From: Asterias rubens
Taxonomy: Eukaryota
Length of the DNA: 64,000 nucleotides
NCBI RefSeq assembly: GCF_902459465.1
Contig: NC_047072.1
Location: 16,120,001 to 16,184,000 of the forward strand
Direction of reading: 5' to 3'
Of the stretch, positions 22,697-37,195 are shown piece after piece. The notes below the pieces were generated by a model, which made no database searches, was not told where the DNA came from, and was given only the letters and a program-made list of their open reading frames with translations. The translations under genes and the position numbers were made by a program. How positions within the stretch are numbered: position 1 is the stretch's first letter; each line of letters begins with the position of its first letter.

Positions 22697-25600
22697 ACAA
22701 ACATAGTAAACAACAACAAAAACAAACATTGTTCGGTTCGGTTGTCAGGATACATATTTTGTTTATCCCTTTTCGTTTTTCCATTAACCCTGTCAAGATT
22801 TAAGTGGACTACCTAGATAATAGACTACCTGACAGCAGCGTAACCATGGCGTAACTAAGGTGTATTTTTTTTGGGGGGGGGGGGGTGCACACATTCTTCT
22901 AGGGGGGCCCTTCAGAACATTTGACCCGATAAAATATATCGGGCTTTAGATATCTCTAATACGACTTTAATTTTAGGACGGTTATTAAACATAAAGGAAT
23001 TTATTGATTTATAATTATGAACAATCAATGTTCAGTTAATTTGTTAACAATACCATATTAATTATCGCTTGTCAATTTAAAAACTGATGATTATTCTAAC
23101 TACATCTTTTTTTACTACGCTTTAATTCTTTCCTTTTGCCATTTTTACATATATAGTTTGAGTGTATTTTTGTATAAGAGAAGCTTGAATAAAATTCCTC
23201 CTCCAGGGTAAAAACAAAATTTGGATTCTTGTCCAACATCCCCTAACTAGTTATTACCCTTGTGGCTTAAAGGCACTGGACACCTTTGGTAATAATTGTC
23301 GAAGACTAACATGTAGTATTCCAATTTGGGTGTATCCCAAACAATCTGTGAGCATTTGGACTCAATGGTCATCGAAGTTGCACGAGAGCAATGAAAGAAA
23401 AGAAAAAGACTCTTGTCACCGGGTTTTCGGCTTTCAGATGCTTGAATTCGAGACAATATTTTACATAATATTAATCAACAGCTCTCCATTGCTCGTTACC
23501 AAGTAAGTTTGTATGCTACAACTATTTTGAGTAATTAGTGTCCAGTGTCTTTAAAGTGATTAGCATTTATAGGATAAATGAAATATAAAAAAGGCACAAA
23601 AAACTTTCAAAATGGCAAAACGAGAATTGAAAGTAAGGTGAAATGGGACACAAAAAATGTGAAACTCTAAGGATTGCATTAAAATGTACATTTCATGGAC
23701 CCTGAATTCTTGCGAAGCCATGCCTGGTGAAAAATGGGGGGGGGGGGGGGGGGGGGGGTAGTGCTTTCTGCTGTACCAGCCAGGCTTCTGACGGACTGTA
23801 TAGCCGTATGGACTGTAAAGGGGTTGCCCGTTTCAGCCCCAGGAGTAGGTGGCAACGGCCCCTGGAAAACAGTTAATTGTAGCCCACACCTTGAAGTGGC
23901 CTTCAGGCCTTGTGTGTCTGGCTACTTGAACAAAATAAAATAAATAAATAGATAAATAAAAGCTATTGATGTAAAAGGGTATTACTTCATATCCAACACT
24001 GGATGCATCAGAGTGATATGCCAATTGAACGACTTGGGCTAATGTCTTTATTGATACAGTGTTTAGAAAACAAAACCGAATGATTTACAATGACACAAAT
24101 ACAAACTAAGTACCAACAACATTTTGTATTATTCAGTTTATTTATTTCTTCAATATACAACTGTTTGATGTCAGCTAATTTCAAGTCTTTATTAAACAAG
24201 AGAATAAATGAAAACAATAAAACTCCAACGCATTGGTATATCATGATAAGCCTCAAGTAATATTCTTGAAATTTTAAATTCCTTGTAATCCATGTTTAAA
24301 ACTTCAAGGTTGGGATAACTTTCTTTTATTCATGCATAAGTATTGTGGGAAAGAAATGTCCTATTATTTAACTATAAAATTAACAAAATTGAGAGAGAAA
24401 GAAGCAATTTTTACCTCATTCTTAAATTCTGTAAAACTTTGATCAGTTTAAAAATATAGCTGTCTTGAAAGAAACATTTATTTCAAAAGATAATAGTCTA
24501 ATTTATAACCGATTAAAAAACATAAAAGTTTACACTAAAAGTAAGACTTTCTTAAATACAAAGCATTTTCTTAGATTTCTGAGATTTATATCAGCAATCA
24601 CAGATAAAGAATACTTCCGCCCATGTTAAGTGTCACATGAGCAGTTATAGATGCACACCAACTCTTAACATGAGTGAACATGGGTGGACCATGGGCGTGT
24701 CTGTTCCATGTAGCATTCCTGATGACGCAAATCACTATTCTTACAATGCAACAGCTTTTAATGGCTTGAAAGCATACAATATGTCCTCTCGAACGGAAGG
24801 CCTATCCCCTACAGCCTTTAAAGTGATTCCCAGAACACAACGCAGACACTGGGGGTACACAAGGCCACGTATCGAACACCAATTAAAATGGCTTTATAGG
24901 TTCCTATCAAATCTAAAAAAGCAATGTAAGATTCGTTTATAGTATCGGCTATTTCAGAACAACAACGAGAAATAAATGTCTATGAAGAAGCTTTCAGTCT
25001 ACTTGTCGAAACTTATTTAACGTCAATTGTGTTTTTGGTACTAAGATAGTTCAATGGTGGGTATTGTGATAAGTTAAGACCAACAAGTTTCTAATGATTT
25101 TGAAGACGGGGTTGCACATTGTTATTACCGTACTATTCAAATAGTGTACCAATAATGTATTTACAATAATGTTGGTGTTAAATAAAGTGACAAGGCATGT
25201 GAAAATAAGGCGAACTGGTTTGCCTAGATACAACTCAGAGGAAGGACCAAGTATTGTGAGCGCTGACCTCTACAAAATGCAGTATGCCAATAAAAAAAAA
25301 ATCCATTTTGGGTAACCGGAGCGCGTGTGAGGCAACCCCAAATCATTAGTAGGTCAGAGTATTTCTACTGAATAAAGAGTGGCAGGAAAACAATATTCAG
25401 TCTTAAAATGTTTTGATTCACGGTTTGGAATTGGCTACGGTTGGAATGATTGATTTAGGTCAAAAAAAAAATTCTCAAGCGCTGAACACAAAATGTATTT
25501 CAAGGAGATACCAAAAGGGCCGACAGCGATGGCCAAACTGGTGCAGTGCGCACTACAATAAACGTTTTTATGCATTATGCATGCATGGTTGATTGGCATA

Positions 25601-26633
25601 AAGTTCAGAGACGGGAATCTAACCCTACAATGGAGTTTCTGAAGGTTTTGATCAGTTTGAAATAGTTCGTCAGACAGAATCCAGGGACCTGGCCCTTGGT
25701 TGGTGATTGATTTGTTAAAGTGGATCAAAAGCCTCCTAAAGCCCCTTAGCACGATTGATTAACAACAGTGTCTGCTTCAGGGTCTCTATAGACGATGGTA
25801 TCAAAATTGAAGCATTTTGATTGGCTTATTATTTTAAATAAATCTGTTCACGTGCCCAAACTATTCACGCCTTTTCCTCCGCGGACCAATAGCGATGGTT
25901 TTCGGTCCTAAATGCCATATCGAGAACACATTAAATACAATGTCCCATTCGGTAGGGCTTAAACCATTTTTCGAAGAACACTAACAATTTTGTTGCATCG
26001 AACTTTTGGAGATCAGATTTCAACAAAAAGAAAAATATACTTGTATGTATTGTCAGGGTTCAGCATTGATGGAATCGCCCAAGCGCCACTGGATCGGCCT
26101 CGCGAAAAGGGCACTGATAAAAAAGGCGGCCTTTTCAGTTCAAAACAACAATCGGAATTCTGACTTTTTAACGCCAGCTCAACACCCATTTTTTGCATTG
26201 TCTCCTGTTTCTGTGTCCTTGTTATTTAAAGGCAGTGGACACTATTGGTAATTGTCAAAGACTAGCCTTCACAGTTGGTGTATCTCAACATATGCATAAC
26301 ATAACAAACCTGTGAAAATATGAGCTTGGTCGGTCATCGAACTTGCGAGAAAATACTGAAAGAAAAAAAACCCCTTGTCACACGAAGTTGTGTGCGTTTA
26401 GATGGTTGATTTCGAGACCTCAAGTTCTAAACTTGAGGTCTTGAAATCAAATTCGTGGAAAATTACTTCGTTCTCGAATACTATGTCACTTCAGAGGGAG
26501 CCGTTTCTCACAATGTTTTATACCATCAACCTCTCCCCATTACTCGTCACCAAAAAAGGTTTTGTGCTAAAAATTATTTTGAGAAATTACCAATAGTGTC
26601 CACTGCCTTTAAGATGCTTGTTTTCATCCGCAG

Positions 26634-26947
26634 GACGTGGTATTTGTCTGACTACAGAACGGTTTTGGGGTGAGACTGAACGGGATGCGGCCCAAGCCAA
26701 ATGTAAGACTATGGATGCGGAGCTTTGTGACTTGGGCATGTTGTCTTATGCGTGGCAGCAGAACTACGCTGATGGACGCTGGGGCATGTACGACGTGCCA
26801 GGTCGGGACGCTAGAGTTACTCCCTGTGGCAAAAACTACTCTGGTGACGAATGTTATACCTATAGAATGCTCATTATTGCTCCCATTCACGTCATCCCGA
26901 ACACTCCCCGCCCTAGTCCTAAGCTACCCGCTTGGTGCTGTAAATAG
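26634..26947 (+). pseudogene. Orphan copy 2 of the Link-like terminal exon (Q>R, E>G, K>R relative to copy 1)
   Basis: Near-identical to 22383-22696, with intact AG acceptor, frame and stop. No signal-peptide exon in its repeat unit. It could be a pseudo-exon or an alternative last exon. Confidence 0.7.
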
Positions 26948-29900
26948 ACAAACATAGTAAACAACAACAAAAACAAACATTGTTCGGTTCGGTTGTCAGG
27001 ATACATATTTTGTTTATCCCTTTTCGTTTTTCCATTAACCCTGTCAAGATTTAAGTGGACTACCTAGATAATAGACTACCTGACAGCAGCGTAACCATGG
27101 CGTAACTAAGGTGTATTTTTAGGGGGGGGGGTGCACACATTCTTCTAGGGGGGCCCTTCAGAACATTTGACCCGATAAAATATATCGGGCTTTAGATATC
27201 TCTAATACGACTTTAATTTTAGGACGGTTATTAAACATAAAGGAATTTATTGATTTATAATTATGAACAATCAATGTTCAGTTAATTTGTTAACAATACC
27301 ATATTAATTATCGCTTGTCAATTTAAAAACTGATGATTATTCTAACTACATCTTTTTTTACTACGCTTTTATTCTTTCCTTTTGCCATTTTTACAAATAT
27401 AGTTTAAGTGTATTTTTGTATAAGAGAAGCTTGAATAAAATTCCTCCTCCAGGGTAAAAACAAAATTTTGAATTCGAGACAATGTTTTACATGATATTAA
27501 TCAACAGCTCTCCATTGCTCGTTACCAAGTAAGTTTGTATGCTACAACTATTTTGAGTAATTAGTGTCCAGTGTCTTTAAAGTGATTAGCATTTATAGGA
27601 TAAATGAATATAAAAAAGGCACAAAAAACCTTCAAAATGGCAAAACGAAAATTGAAAGTAAGGTGAAATGGGACACAAAAAATGTGAAACTCTAAGGATT
27701 GCATTAAAATGTACATTTCATGGACCCTGAATTCTTGCGAAGCCATGCCTGGTGAAAAATGGGGGGGGGGGAGGGGGTAGTGCTTTCTGCTGTACCAGCC
27801 AGGCTTCTGACGGACTGTATAGCCGTATGGACTGTAAAGGGGTTGCCCGTTTCAGCCCCAGGAGTAGGTGGCAACGGCCCCTGGAAAACAGTTAATTGTA
27901 GCCCACACCTTGAAGTGGCCTTCAGGCCTTGTGTGTCTGGCTACTTGAACAAAATAAAATAAATAAATAGATAAATAAAAGCTATTGATGTAAAAGGGTA
28001 TTACTTCATATCCAACACTGGATGCATCAGAGTGATATGCCAATTGAACGACTTGGGCTAATGTCTTTATTGATACAGTGTTTAGAAAACAAAACCGAAT
28101 GATTTACAATGACACAAATACAAACTAAGTACCAACAACATTTTGTATTATTCAGTTTATTTATTTCTTCAATATACAACTGTTTGATGTCAGCTAATTT
28201 CAAGTCTTTATTAAACAAGAGAATAAATGAAAACAATAAAACTCCAACGCATTGGTATATCATGATAAGCCTCAAGTAATATTCTTGAAATTTTAAATTC
28301 CTTGTAATCCATGTTTAAAACTTCAAGGTTGGGATAACTTTCTTTTATTCATGCATAAGTATTGTGGGAAAGAAATGTCCTATTATTTAACTATAAAATT
28401 AACAAAATTGAGAGAGAAAGAAGCAATTTTTACCTCATTCTTAAATTCTGTAAAACTTTGATCAGTTTAAAAATATAGCTGTCTTGAAAGAAACATTTAT
28501 TTTAAAAGATAATAGTCTAATTTATAACCGATTAAAAAACATAAAAGTTTACACTAAAAGTAAGACTTTCTTAAATACAAAGCATTTTCTTAGATTTCTG
28601 AGCTTTATATCAGCAATCACAGATATAGAATACTTCCGCCCATGTTAAGTGTCACATGAGCAGTTATAGATGCACACCAACTCTTAACATGAGTGGACAT
28701 GGGTGGACCATGGGCGTGTCTGTTCCATGTAGCATTCCTGATGACGCAAATCACTATTCTTACAATGCAACAGCTTTTAATGGCTTGAAATCATACAATA
28801 TGTCCTCTCGAACGGAAGGCCTATCCCCTACAGCCTTTAAAGTGATTCCCAGAACACAACGCAGACACTGGGGGTACACAAGGCCACGTATCGAACACCA
28901 ATTAAAATGGCTTTATAGGTTCCTATCAAATCTAAAAAAGCAATGTAAGATTCGTTTATAGTATCGGCTATTTCAGAACAACAACGAGAAATAAATGTCT
29001 ATGAAGAAGCTTTCAGTCTACTTGTCGAAACTTATTTAACGTCAATTGTGTTTTTGGTACTAAGATAGTTCAATGGTGGGTATTGTGATAAGTTAAAGAC
29101 CAACAAGTTTCTAATGATTTTGAAGACGGGGTTGCACATTGTTATTACCGTACTATTCAAATAGTGTACCAATAATGTATTTACAATAATGTTGGTGTTA
29201 AATAAAGTGACAAGGCATGTGAAAATAAGGCGAACTGGTTTGCCTAGATACAACTCAGAGGAAGGACCAAGTATTGTGAGCACTGACCTCTACAAATGCA
29301 GTATGCCAATAAAAAAAAATCCATTTTGGGTAACCGGAGCGCGTGTGAGGCAACCCCAAATCATTAGTAGGTCAGAGTATTTCTACTGAATAAAGAGTGG
29401 CAGGAAAACAATATTCAGTCTTAAAATGTTTTGATTCACGGTTTGGAATTGGCTGCGGTTGGCTACGGTTGGAATGATTGATTTAGGTCAAAAAAAAAAT
29501 TCTCAAGCGCTGAACACAAAATGTATTTCAAGGAGATACCAAAAGGGCCGACAGCGATGGCCAAACTGGTGCAGTGCGCACTACAATAAACGTTTTTATG
29601 CATTATGCATGCATGGTTGATTGGCATAAAGTTCAGAGACGGGAATCTAACCCTACAATGGAGTTTCTGAAGGTTTTGATCAGTTTGAAATAGTTCGTCA
29701 GACAGAATCCAGGGACCTGGCCCTTGGTTGGTGATTGATTTGTTAAAGTGGATCAAAAGCCTCCTAAAGCCCCTTAGCACGATTGATTAACAACAGTGTC
29801 TGCTTCAGGGTCTCTATAGACGATGGTATCAAAATTGAAGCATTTTGATTGGCTTATTATTTTAAATAAATCTGTTCACGTGCCCAAACTATTCACGCCT

Positions 29901-30661
29901 TTTCCTCCGCGGACCAATAGCGATGGTTTTCGGTCCTAAATGCCATATCGAGAACCCATTAAATACAATGTCCCATTCGGTAGGGCTTAAACCATTTTTC
30001 GAAGAACACTAACAATTTTGTTGCATCGAACTTTTGGAGATCAGATTTCAACAAAAAGAAAAATATACTTGTATGTATTGTCAGGGTTCAGCATTAATGG
30101 AATCGCCCAAGCGCCACTGGATCGGCCTCGCGAAAAGGGCACTGATAAAAAAGGCGGCCTTTTCAGTTCAAAACAACAATCGGAATTCTGACTTTTTAAC
30201 GCCAGCTCAACACCCATTTTTTGCATTGTCTCCTGTTTCTGTGTCCTTGTTATTTAAAGGCAGTGGACACTATTGGTAATTGTCAAAGACTAGCCTTCAC
30301 AGTTGGTGTATCTCAACATATGCATAACATAACAAACCTGTGAAAATATGAGCTTGGTCGGTCATCGAACTTGCGAGAAAATACTGAAAGAAAAAAAAAC
30401 CCTTGTCACACGAAGTTGTGTGCGTTTAGATGGTTGATTTCGAGACCTCAAGTTCTAAACTTGAGGTCTTGAAATCAAATTCGTGGAAAATTACTTCGTT
30501 CTCGAATACTATGTCACTTCAGAGGGAGCCGTTTCTCACAATGTTTTATACCATCAACCTCTCCCCATTACTCGTCACCAAAAAAGGTTTTGTGCTAAAA
30601 ATTATTTTGAGAAATTACCAATAGTGTCCACTGCCTTTAAGATGCTTGTTTTCATCCGCAG

Positions 30662-30981
30662 GACGTGGTATTTGTCTGACTACAGAACGGTTTTGGGGTG
30701 AGACTGAACGGGATGCGGCCCAAGCCAAATGTAAGACTATGGATGCGGAGCTTTGTGACTTGGGCATGTTGTCTTACTCTTATGCGTGGCAGCAGAACTA
30801 CGCTGATGAACGCTGGGGCATGTACGACGTGCCAGGTCGGGACGCTAGAGTTACTCCCTGTGGCAAAAACTACTCTGGTGACGAATGTTATACCTATAAA
30901 ATGCTCATTATTGCTCCCATTCACGTCATCCCGAACACTCCCCGCCCTAGTCCTAAGCTACCCGCTTGGTGCTGTAAATAG
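30662..30981 (+). pseudogene. Orphan copy 3 of the Link-like terminal exon (Q>R plus in-frame Ser-Tyr duplication)
   Basis: Same exon with a 6-nt insertion (tcttac), giving LSYSYAW. Acceptor and stop intact. Confidence 0.7.
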
Positions 30982-33900
30982 ACAAACATAGTAAACAACA
31001 ACAAAAACAAACATTGTTCGGTTCGGTTGTCAGGATACATATTTTGTTTATCCCTTTTCGTTTTTCCATTAACCCTGTCAAGATTTAAGTGGACTACCTA
31101 GATAATAGACTACCTGACAGCAGCGTAACCATGGCGTAACTAAGGTGTATTTTTAGGGGGGGGGGGTGCACACATTCTTCTAGGGGGGCCCTTCAGAACA
31201 TTTGACCCGATAAAATATATCGGGCTTTAGATATCTCTAATACGACTTTAATTTTAGGACGGTTATTAAACATAAAGGAATTTATTGATTTATAATTATG
31301 AACAATCAATGTTCAGTTAATTTGTTAACAATACCATATTAATTATCGCTTGTCAATTTAATAACTGATGATTATTCTAATTACATCTTTTTTTACTACG
31401 CTTTAATTCTTTCCTTTTGCCGTTTTTACATATATAGTTTGAGTGTATTTTTGTATAAGAGAAGCTTGAATAAAATTCCTCCTCCAGGGTAAAAACAAAA
31501 TTTGGATTCTTGTCCAACATCCCCTACTTAGTTATTACCCTTGTGGCTTAAAGGCACTGGACACCTTTGGTAATAATTGTCGAAGACTAACATGTAGTAT
31601 TCCAATTTGGGTGTATCCCAAACAATCTGTGAGCATTTGGACTCAATGGTCATCGAAGTTGCACGAGAGCAATGAAAGAAAAGAAAAAGACTCTTGTCAC
31701 CGGGTTTTCGGCTTTCAGATGCTTGAATTCGAGACAATGTTTTACATAATATTAATCAACAGCTCTCCATTGCTCGTTACCAAGTAAGTTTGTATGCTAC
31801 AACTATTTTGAGTAATTAGTGTCCAGTGTCTTTAAAGTGATTAGCATTTATAGGATAAATGAATATAAAAAAGGCACAAAAAACCTTCAAATAGGCAAAA
31901 CGAAAATTGAAAGTAAGGTGAAATGGGACACAAAAAATGTGAAACTCTAATGATTGCATTAAAATGTACATTTCATGGACCCTGAATTCTTGCGAAGCCA
32001 TGCCTGGTGAAAAATGGGGGGGGGGGGAGGGGGTAGTGCTTTCTGCTGTACCAGCCAGGCTTCTGACGGACTGTATAGCCGTATGGACTGTAAAGAGGTT
32101 GCCCGTTTCAGCCCCAGGAGTAGGTGGCAACGGCCCCTGGAAAACAGTTAATTGTAGCCCACACCTTGAAGTGGCCTTCAGGCCTTGTGTGTCTGGCTAC
32201 TTGAACAAAATAAATAAATAGATAAATAAAAGCTATTGATGTAAAAGGGTATTACTTCAAATCCAACACTGGATGCATCAGAGTGATATGCCAATTGAAC
32301 GACTTGGGCTAATGTCTTTATTGATACAGTGTTTAGAAAACAAAACCGAATGATTTACAATGACACAAATACAAACTAAGTACCAACAACATTTTGTATT
32401 ATTCAGTTTATTTATTTCTTCAATATACAACTGTTTGATGTCAGCTAATTTCAAGTCTTTATTAAACAAGAGAATAAATGAAAACAATTAAACTCCAACG
32501 CATTGGTATATCATGATAGGCCTCAAGTAATATTCTTGAAATTTTAAATTCCTTGTAATCCATGTTTAAAACTTCAAGGTTGGGATAACTTTCTTTTATT
32601 CATGCATAAGTATTGTGGGAAAGAAATGTCCTATTATTTAACTATAAAATTAACAAAATTGAGAGAGAAAGAAGCAATTTTTACCTCATTCTTAAATTCT
32701 GTAAAACTTTGATCAGTTTAAAAATATAGCTGTCTTGAAAGAAACATTTATTTTAAAAGATAATAGTCTAATTTATAACCGATTAAAAAACATAAAAGTT
32801 TACACTAAAAGTAAGACTTTCTTAAATACAAAGCATTTTCTTAGATTTCTGAGATTTATATCAGCAATCACAGATATAGAATACTTCCGCCCATGTTAAG
32901 TGTCACATGAGCAGTTATAGATGCACACCAACTCTTAACATGAGTGGACATGGGTGGACCATGGGCGTGTCTGTTCCATGTAGCATTCCTGATGACGCAA
33001 ATCACTATTCTTACAATGCAACAGCTTTTAATGGCTTGAAAGCATACAATATGTCCTCTCGAACGGAAGGCCTATCCCCTACAGCCTTTAAAGTGATTCC
33101 CAGAACACAACGCAGACACTGGGGGTACACAAGGCCACGTATCGAACACCAATTAAAATGGCTTTATAGGTTCCTATCAAATCTAAAAAAGCAATGTAAG
33201 ATTCGTTTATAGTATCGGCTATTTCAGAACAACAACGAGAAATAAATGTCTATGAAGAAGCTTTCAGTCTACTTGTCGAAACTTATTTAACGTCAATTGT
33301 GTTTTTGGTACTAAGATAGTTCAATGGTGGGTATTGTGATAAGTTAAAGACCAACAAGTTTCTAATGATTTTGAAGACGGGGTTGCACATTGTTATTACC
33401 GTACTATTCAAATAGTGTACCAATAATGTATTTACAATAATGTTGGTGTTAAATAAAGTGACAAGGCATGTGAAAATAAGGCGAACTGGTTTGCCTAGAT
33501 ACAACTCAGAGGAAGGACCAAGTATTGTGAGCGCTGACCTCTACAAATGCAGTATGCCAATAAAAAAATATCCATTTTGGGTAACCGGAGCGCGTGTGAG
33601 GCAACCCCAAATCATTAGTAGGTCAGAGTATTTCTACTGAATAAAGAGTGGCAGGAAAACAATATTCAGTCTTAAAATGTTTTGATTCACGGTTTAGAAT
33701 TGGCTACGGTTGGAATGATTGATTTAGGTCAAAAAAAAAATTCTCAAGCGCTGAACACAAAATGTATTTCAAGGAGATACCAAAAGGGCCGACAGCGATG
33801 GCCAAACTGGTGCAGTGCGCACTACAATAAACGTTTTCATGCATTATGCATGCATGGTTGATTGGCATAAAGTTCAGAGACGGGAATCTAACCCTACAAT

Positions 33901-34902
33901 GGAGTTTCTGAAGGTTTTGATCAGTTTGAAATAGTTCGTCAGAGAGAATCCAGGGGACCTGGCCCTTGGTTGGTGATTGATTTGTTAAAGTGGATCAAAA
34001 GCCTCCTAAAGCCCCTTAGCACGATTGATTAACAACAGTGTCTGCTTCAGGGTCTCTATAGACGATGGTATCAAAATTGAAGCATTTTGATTGGCTTATT
34101 ATTTTAAATAAATCTGTTCACGTGCCCAAACTATTCACGCTTTTCCTCCGCGGACCAATAGCGATGGTTTTCGGTCCTAAATGCCATATCGAGAACACAT
34201 TAAATACAATGTCCTATTCGGTAGGGCTTAAACCATTTTTCGAAGAACACTAACAATTTTGTTGCATCGAACTTTTGGAGATCAGATTTCAACAAAAAGA
34301 AAAATATACTTGTATGTATTGTCAGGGTTCAGCATTAATGGAATCGCCCAAGCGCCACTGGATCGGCCTCGCGAAAAGGGCACTGATAAAAAAGGCGGCC
34401 TTTTCAGTTCAAAACAACAATCGGAATTCTGACTTTTTAACGCCAGCTCAACACCCATTTTTTGCATTGTCTCCTGTTTCTGTGTCCTTGTTATTTAAAG
34501 GCAGTGGACACTATTGGTAATTGTCAAAGACTAGCCTTCACAGTTGGTGTATCTCAACATATGCATAACATAACAAACCTGTGAAAATATGAGCTTGGTC
34601 GGTCATCGAACTTGCGAGAAAATACTGATAGAAAAAAAACCCCTTGTCACACGAAGTTGTGTGCGTTTAGATGGTTGATTTCGAGACCTCAAGTTCTAAA
34701 CTTGAGGTCTTGAAATCAAATTCGTGGAAAATTACTTCGTTCTCGAATACTATGTCACTTCAGAGGGAGCCGTTTCTCACAATGTTTTATACCATCAACC
34801 TCTCCCCATTACTCGTCACCAAAAAAGGTTTTGTGCTAAAAATTATTTTGAGAAATTACCAATAGTGTCCACTGCCTTTAAGATGCTTGTTTTCATCCGC
34901 AG

Positions 34903-35216
34903 GACGTGGTATTTGTCTGACTACAGAACGGTTTTGGGGTGAGACTGAACGGGATGCGGCCCAAGCCAAATGTAAGACTATGGATGCGGAGCTTTGTGAC
35001 TTGGGCATGTTGTCTTATGCGTGGCAGCAGAACTACGCTGATGGACGCTGGGGCATGTACGACGTGCCAGGTCGGGACGCTAGAGTTACTCCCTGTGGCA
35101 AAAACTACTCTGGTGACGAATGTTATACCTATAGAATGCTCATTATTGCTCCCATTCACGTCATCCCGAACACTCCCCGCCCTAGTCCTAAGCTACCCGC
35201 TTGGTGCTGTAAATAG
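34903..35216 (+). pseudogene. Orphan copy 4 of the Link-like terminal exon (same protein variant as copy 2)
   Basis: Intact acceptor, frame and stop; carries the R/G/R variants seen in copy 2. Confidence 0.7.
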
Positions 35217-37195
35217 ACAAACATAGTAAACAACAACAAAAACAAACATTGTTCGGTTCGGTTGTCAGGATACATATTTTGTTTATCCCTTTTCGTTTTT
35301 CCATTAACCCTGTCAAGATTTAAGTGGACTACCTAGATAATAGACTACCTGACAGCAGCGTAACCATGGCGTAACTAAGGTGTATTTTTAGGGGGGGGGG
35401 TGCACACATTCTTCTAGGGGGGCCCTTCAGAACATTTGACCCGATAAAATATATCGGGCTTTAGATATCTCTAATACGACTTTAATTTTAGGACGGTTAT
35501 TAAACATAAAGGAATTTATTGATTTATAATTATGAACAATCAATGTTCAGTTAATTTGTTAACAATACCATATTAATTATCGCTTGTCAATTTAATAACT
35601 GATGATTATTCTAATTACATCTTTTTTTTACTACGCTTTAATTCTTTCCTTTTGCCGTTTTTACATATATAGTTTGAGTGTATTTTTGTATAAGAGAAGC
35701 TTGAATAAAATTCCTCCTCCAGGGTAAAAACAAAATTTGGATTCTTGTCCAACATCCCCTAACTATAGTTATTACCCTTGTGGCTTAAAGGCACTGGACA
35801 CCTTTGGTAATAATTGTCGAAGACTAACATGTAGTATTCCAATTTGGGTGTATCCCAAACAATCTGTGAGCATTTGGACTCAATGGTCATCGAAGTTGCA
35901 CGAGAGCAATGAAAGAAAAGAAAAAGACTCTTGTCACCGGGTTTTCGGCTTTCAGATGCTTGAATTCGAGACAATGTTTTACATAATATTAATCAACAGC
36001 TCTCCATTGCTCGTTACCAAGTAAGTTTGTATGCTACAACTATTTTGAGTAATTAGTGTCCAGTGTCTTTAAAGTGATTAGCATTTATAGGATAAATGAA
36101 TATAAAAAAGGCACAAAAAACCTTCAAAATGGCAAAACGAGAATTGAAAGTAAGGTGAAATGGGACACAAAAAATGTGAAACTCTAAGGATTGCATTAAA
36201 ATGTACATTTCATGGACCCTGAATTCTTGCGAAGCCATGCCTGGTGAAAAATGGGGGGGGGGGGGGGGGGGGGGGGGTAGTGCTTTCTGCTGTACCAGCC
36301 AGGCTTCTGACGGACTGTATAGCCGTATGGACTGTAAAGGGGTTGCCCGTTTCAGCCCCAGGAGTAGGTGGCAACGGCCCCTGGAAAACAGTTAATTGTA
36401 GCCCACACCTTGAAGTGGCCTTCAGGCCTTGTGTGTCTGGCTACTTGAACAAAATAAAATAAATAAATAGATAAATAAAAGCTATTGATGTAAAAGGGTA
36501 TTACTTCACATCCAACACTGGATGCATCAGAGTGATATGCCAATTGAACGACTTGGGCTAATGTCTTTATTGATACAGTGTTTAGAAAACAAAACCGAAT
36601 GATTTACAATGACACAAATACAAACTAAGTACCAACAACATTTTGTATTATTCAGTTTATTTATTTCTTCAATATACAACTGTTTGATGTCAGCTAATTT
36701 CAAGTCTTTATTAAACAAGAGAATAAATGAAAACAATAAAACTCCAACGCATTGGTATATCATGATAAGCCTCAAGTAATATTCTTGAAATTTTAAATTC
36801 CTTGTAATCCATGTTTAAAACTTCAAGGTTGGGATAACTTTCTTTTATTCATGCATAAGTATTGTGGGAAAGAAATGTCCTATTATTTAACTATAAAATT
36901 AACAAAATTGAGAGAGAAAGAAGCAATTTTTACCTCATTCTTAAATTCTGTAAAACTTTGATCAGTTTAAAAATATAGCTGTCTTGAAAGAAACATTTAT
37001 TTTAAAAGATAATAGTCTAATTTATAACCGATTAAAAAACATAAAAGTTTACACTAAAAGTAAGACTTTCTTAAATACAAAGCATTTTCTTAGATTTCTG
37101 AGATTTATATCAGCAATCACAGATAAAGAATACTTCCGCCCATGTTAAGTGTCACATGAGCAGTTATAGATGCACACCAACTCTTAACATGAGTG

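Noticed and set aside
24637-24942. 101-aa ORF repeated in array units 1-3
   Set aside because: It crosses the rearrangement junction at 24696, begins in antisense MAP3K7 UTR sequence and has no recognisable domain. It recurs only because the DNA is duplicated.
24975-25020. Hammerhead-like ctatgaagaag...gtcgaaactta in the array
   Set aside because: Stem II and stem I do not pair and the core is disrupted; at most a decayed relic.
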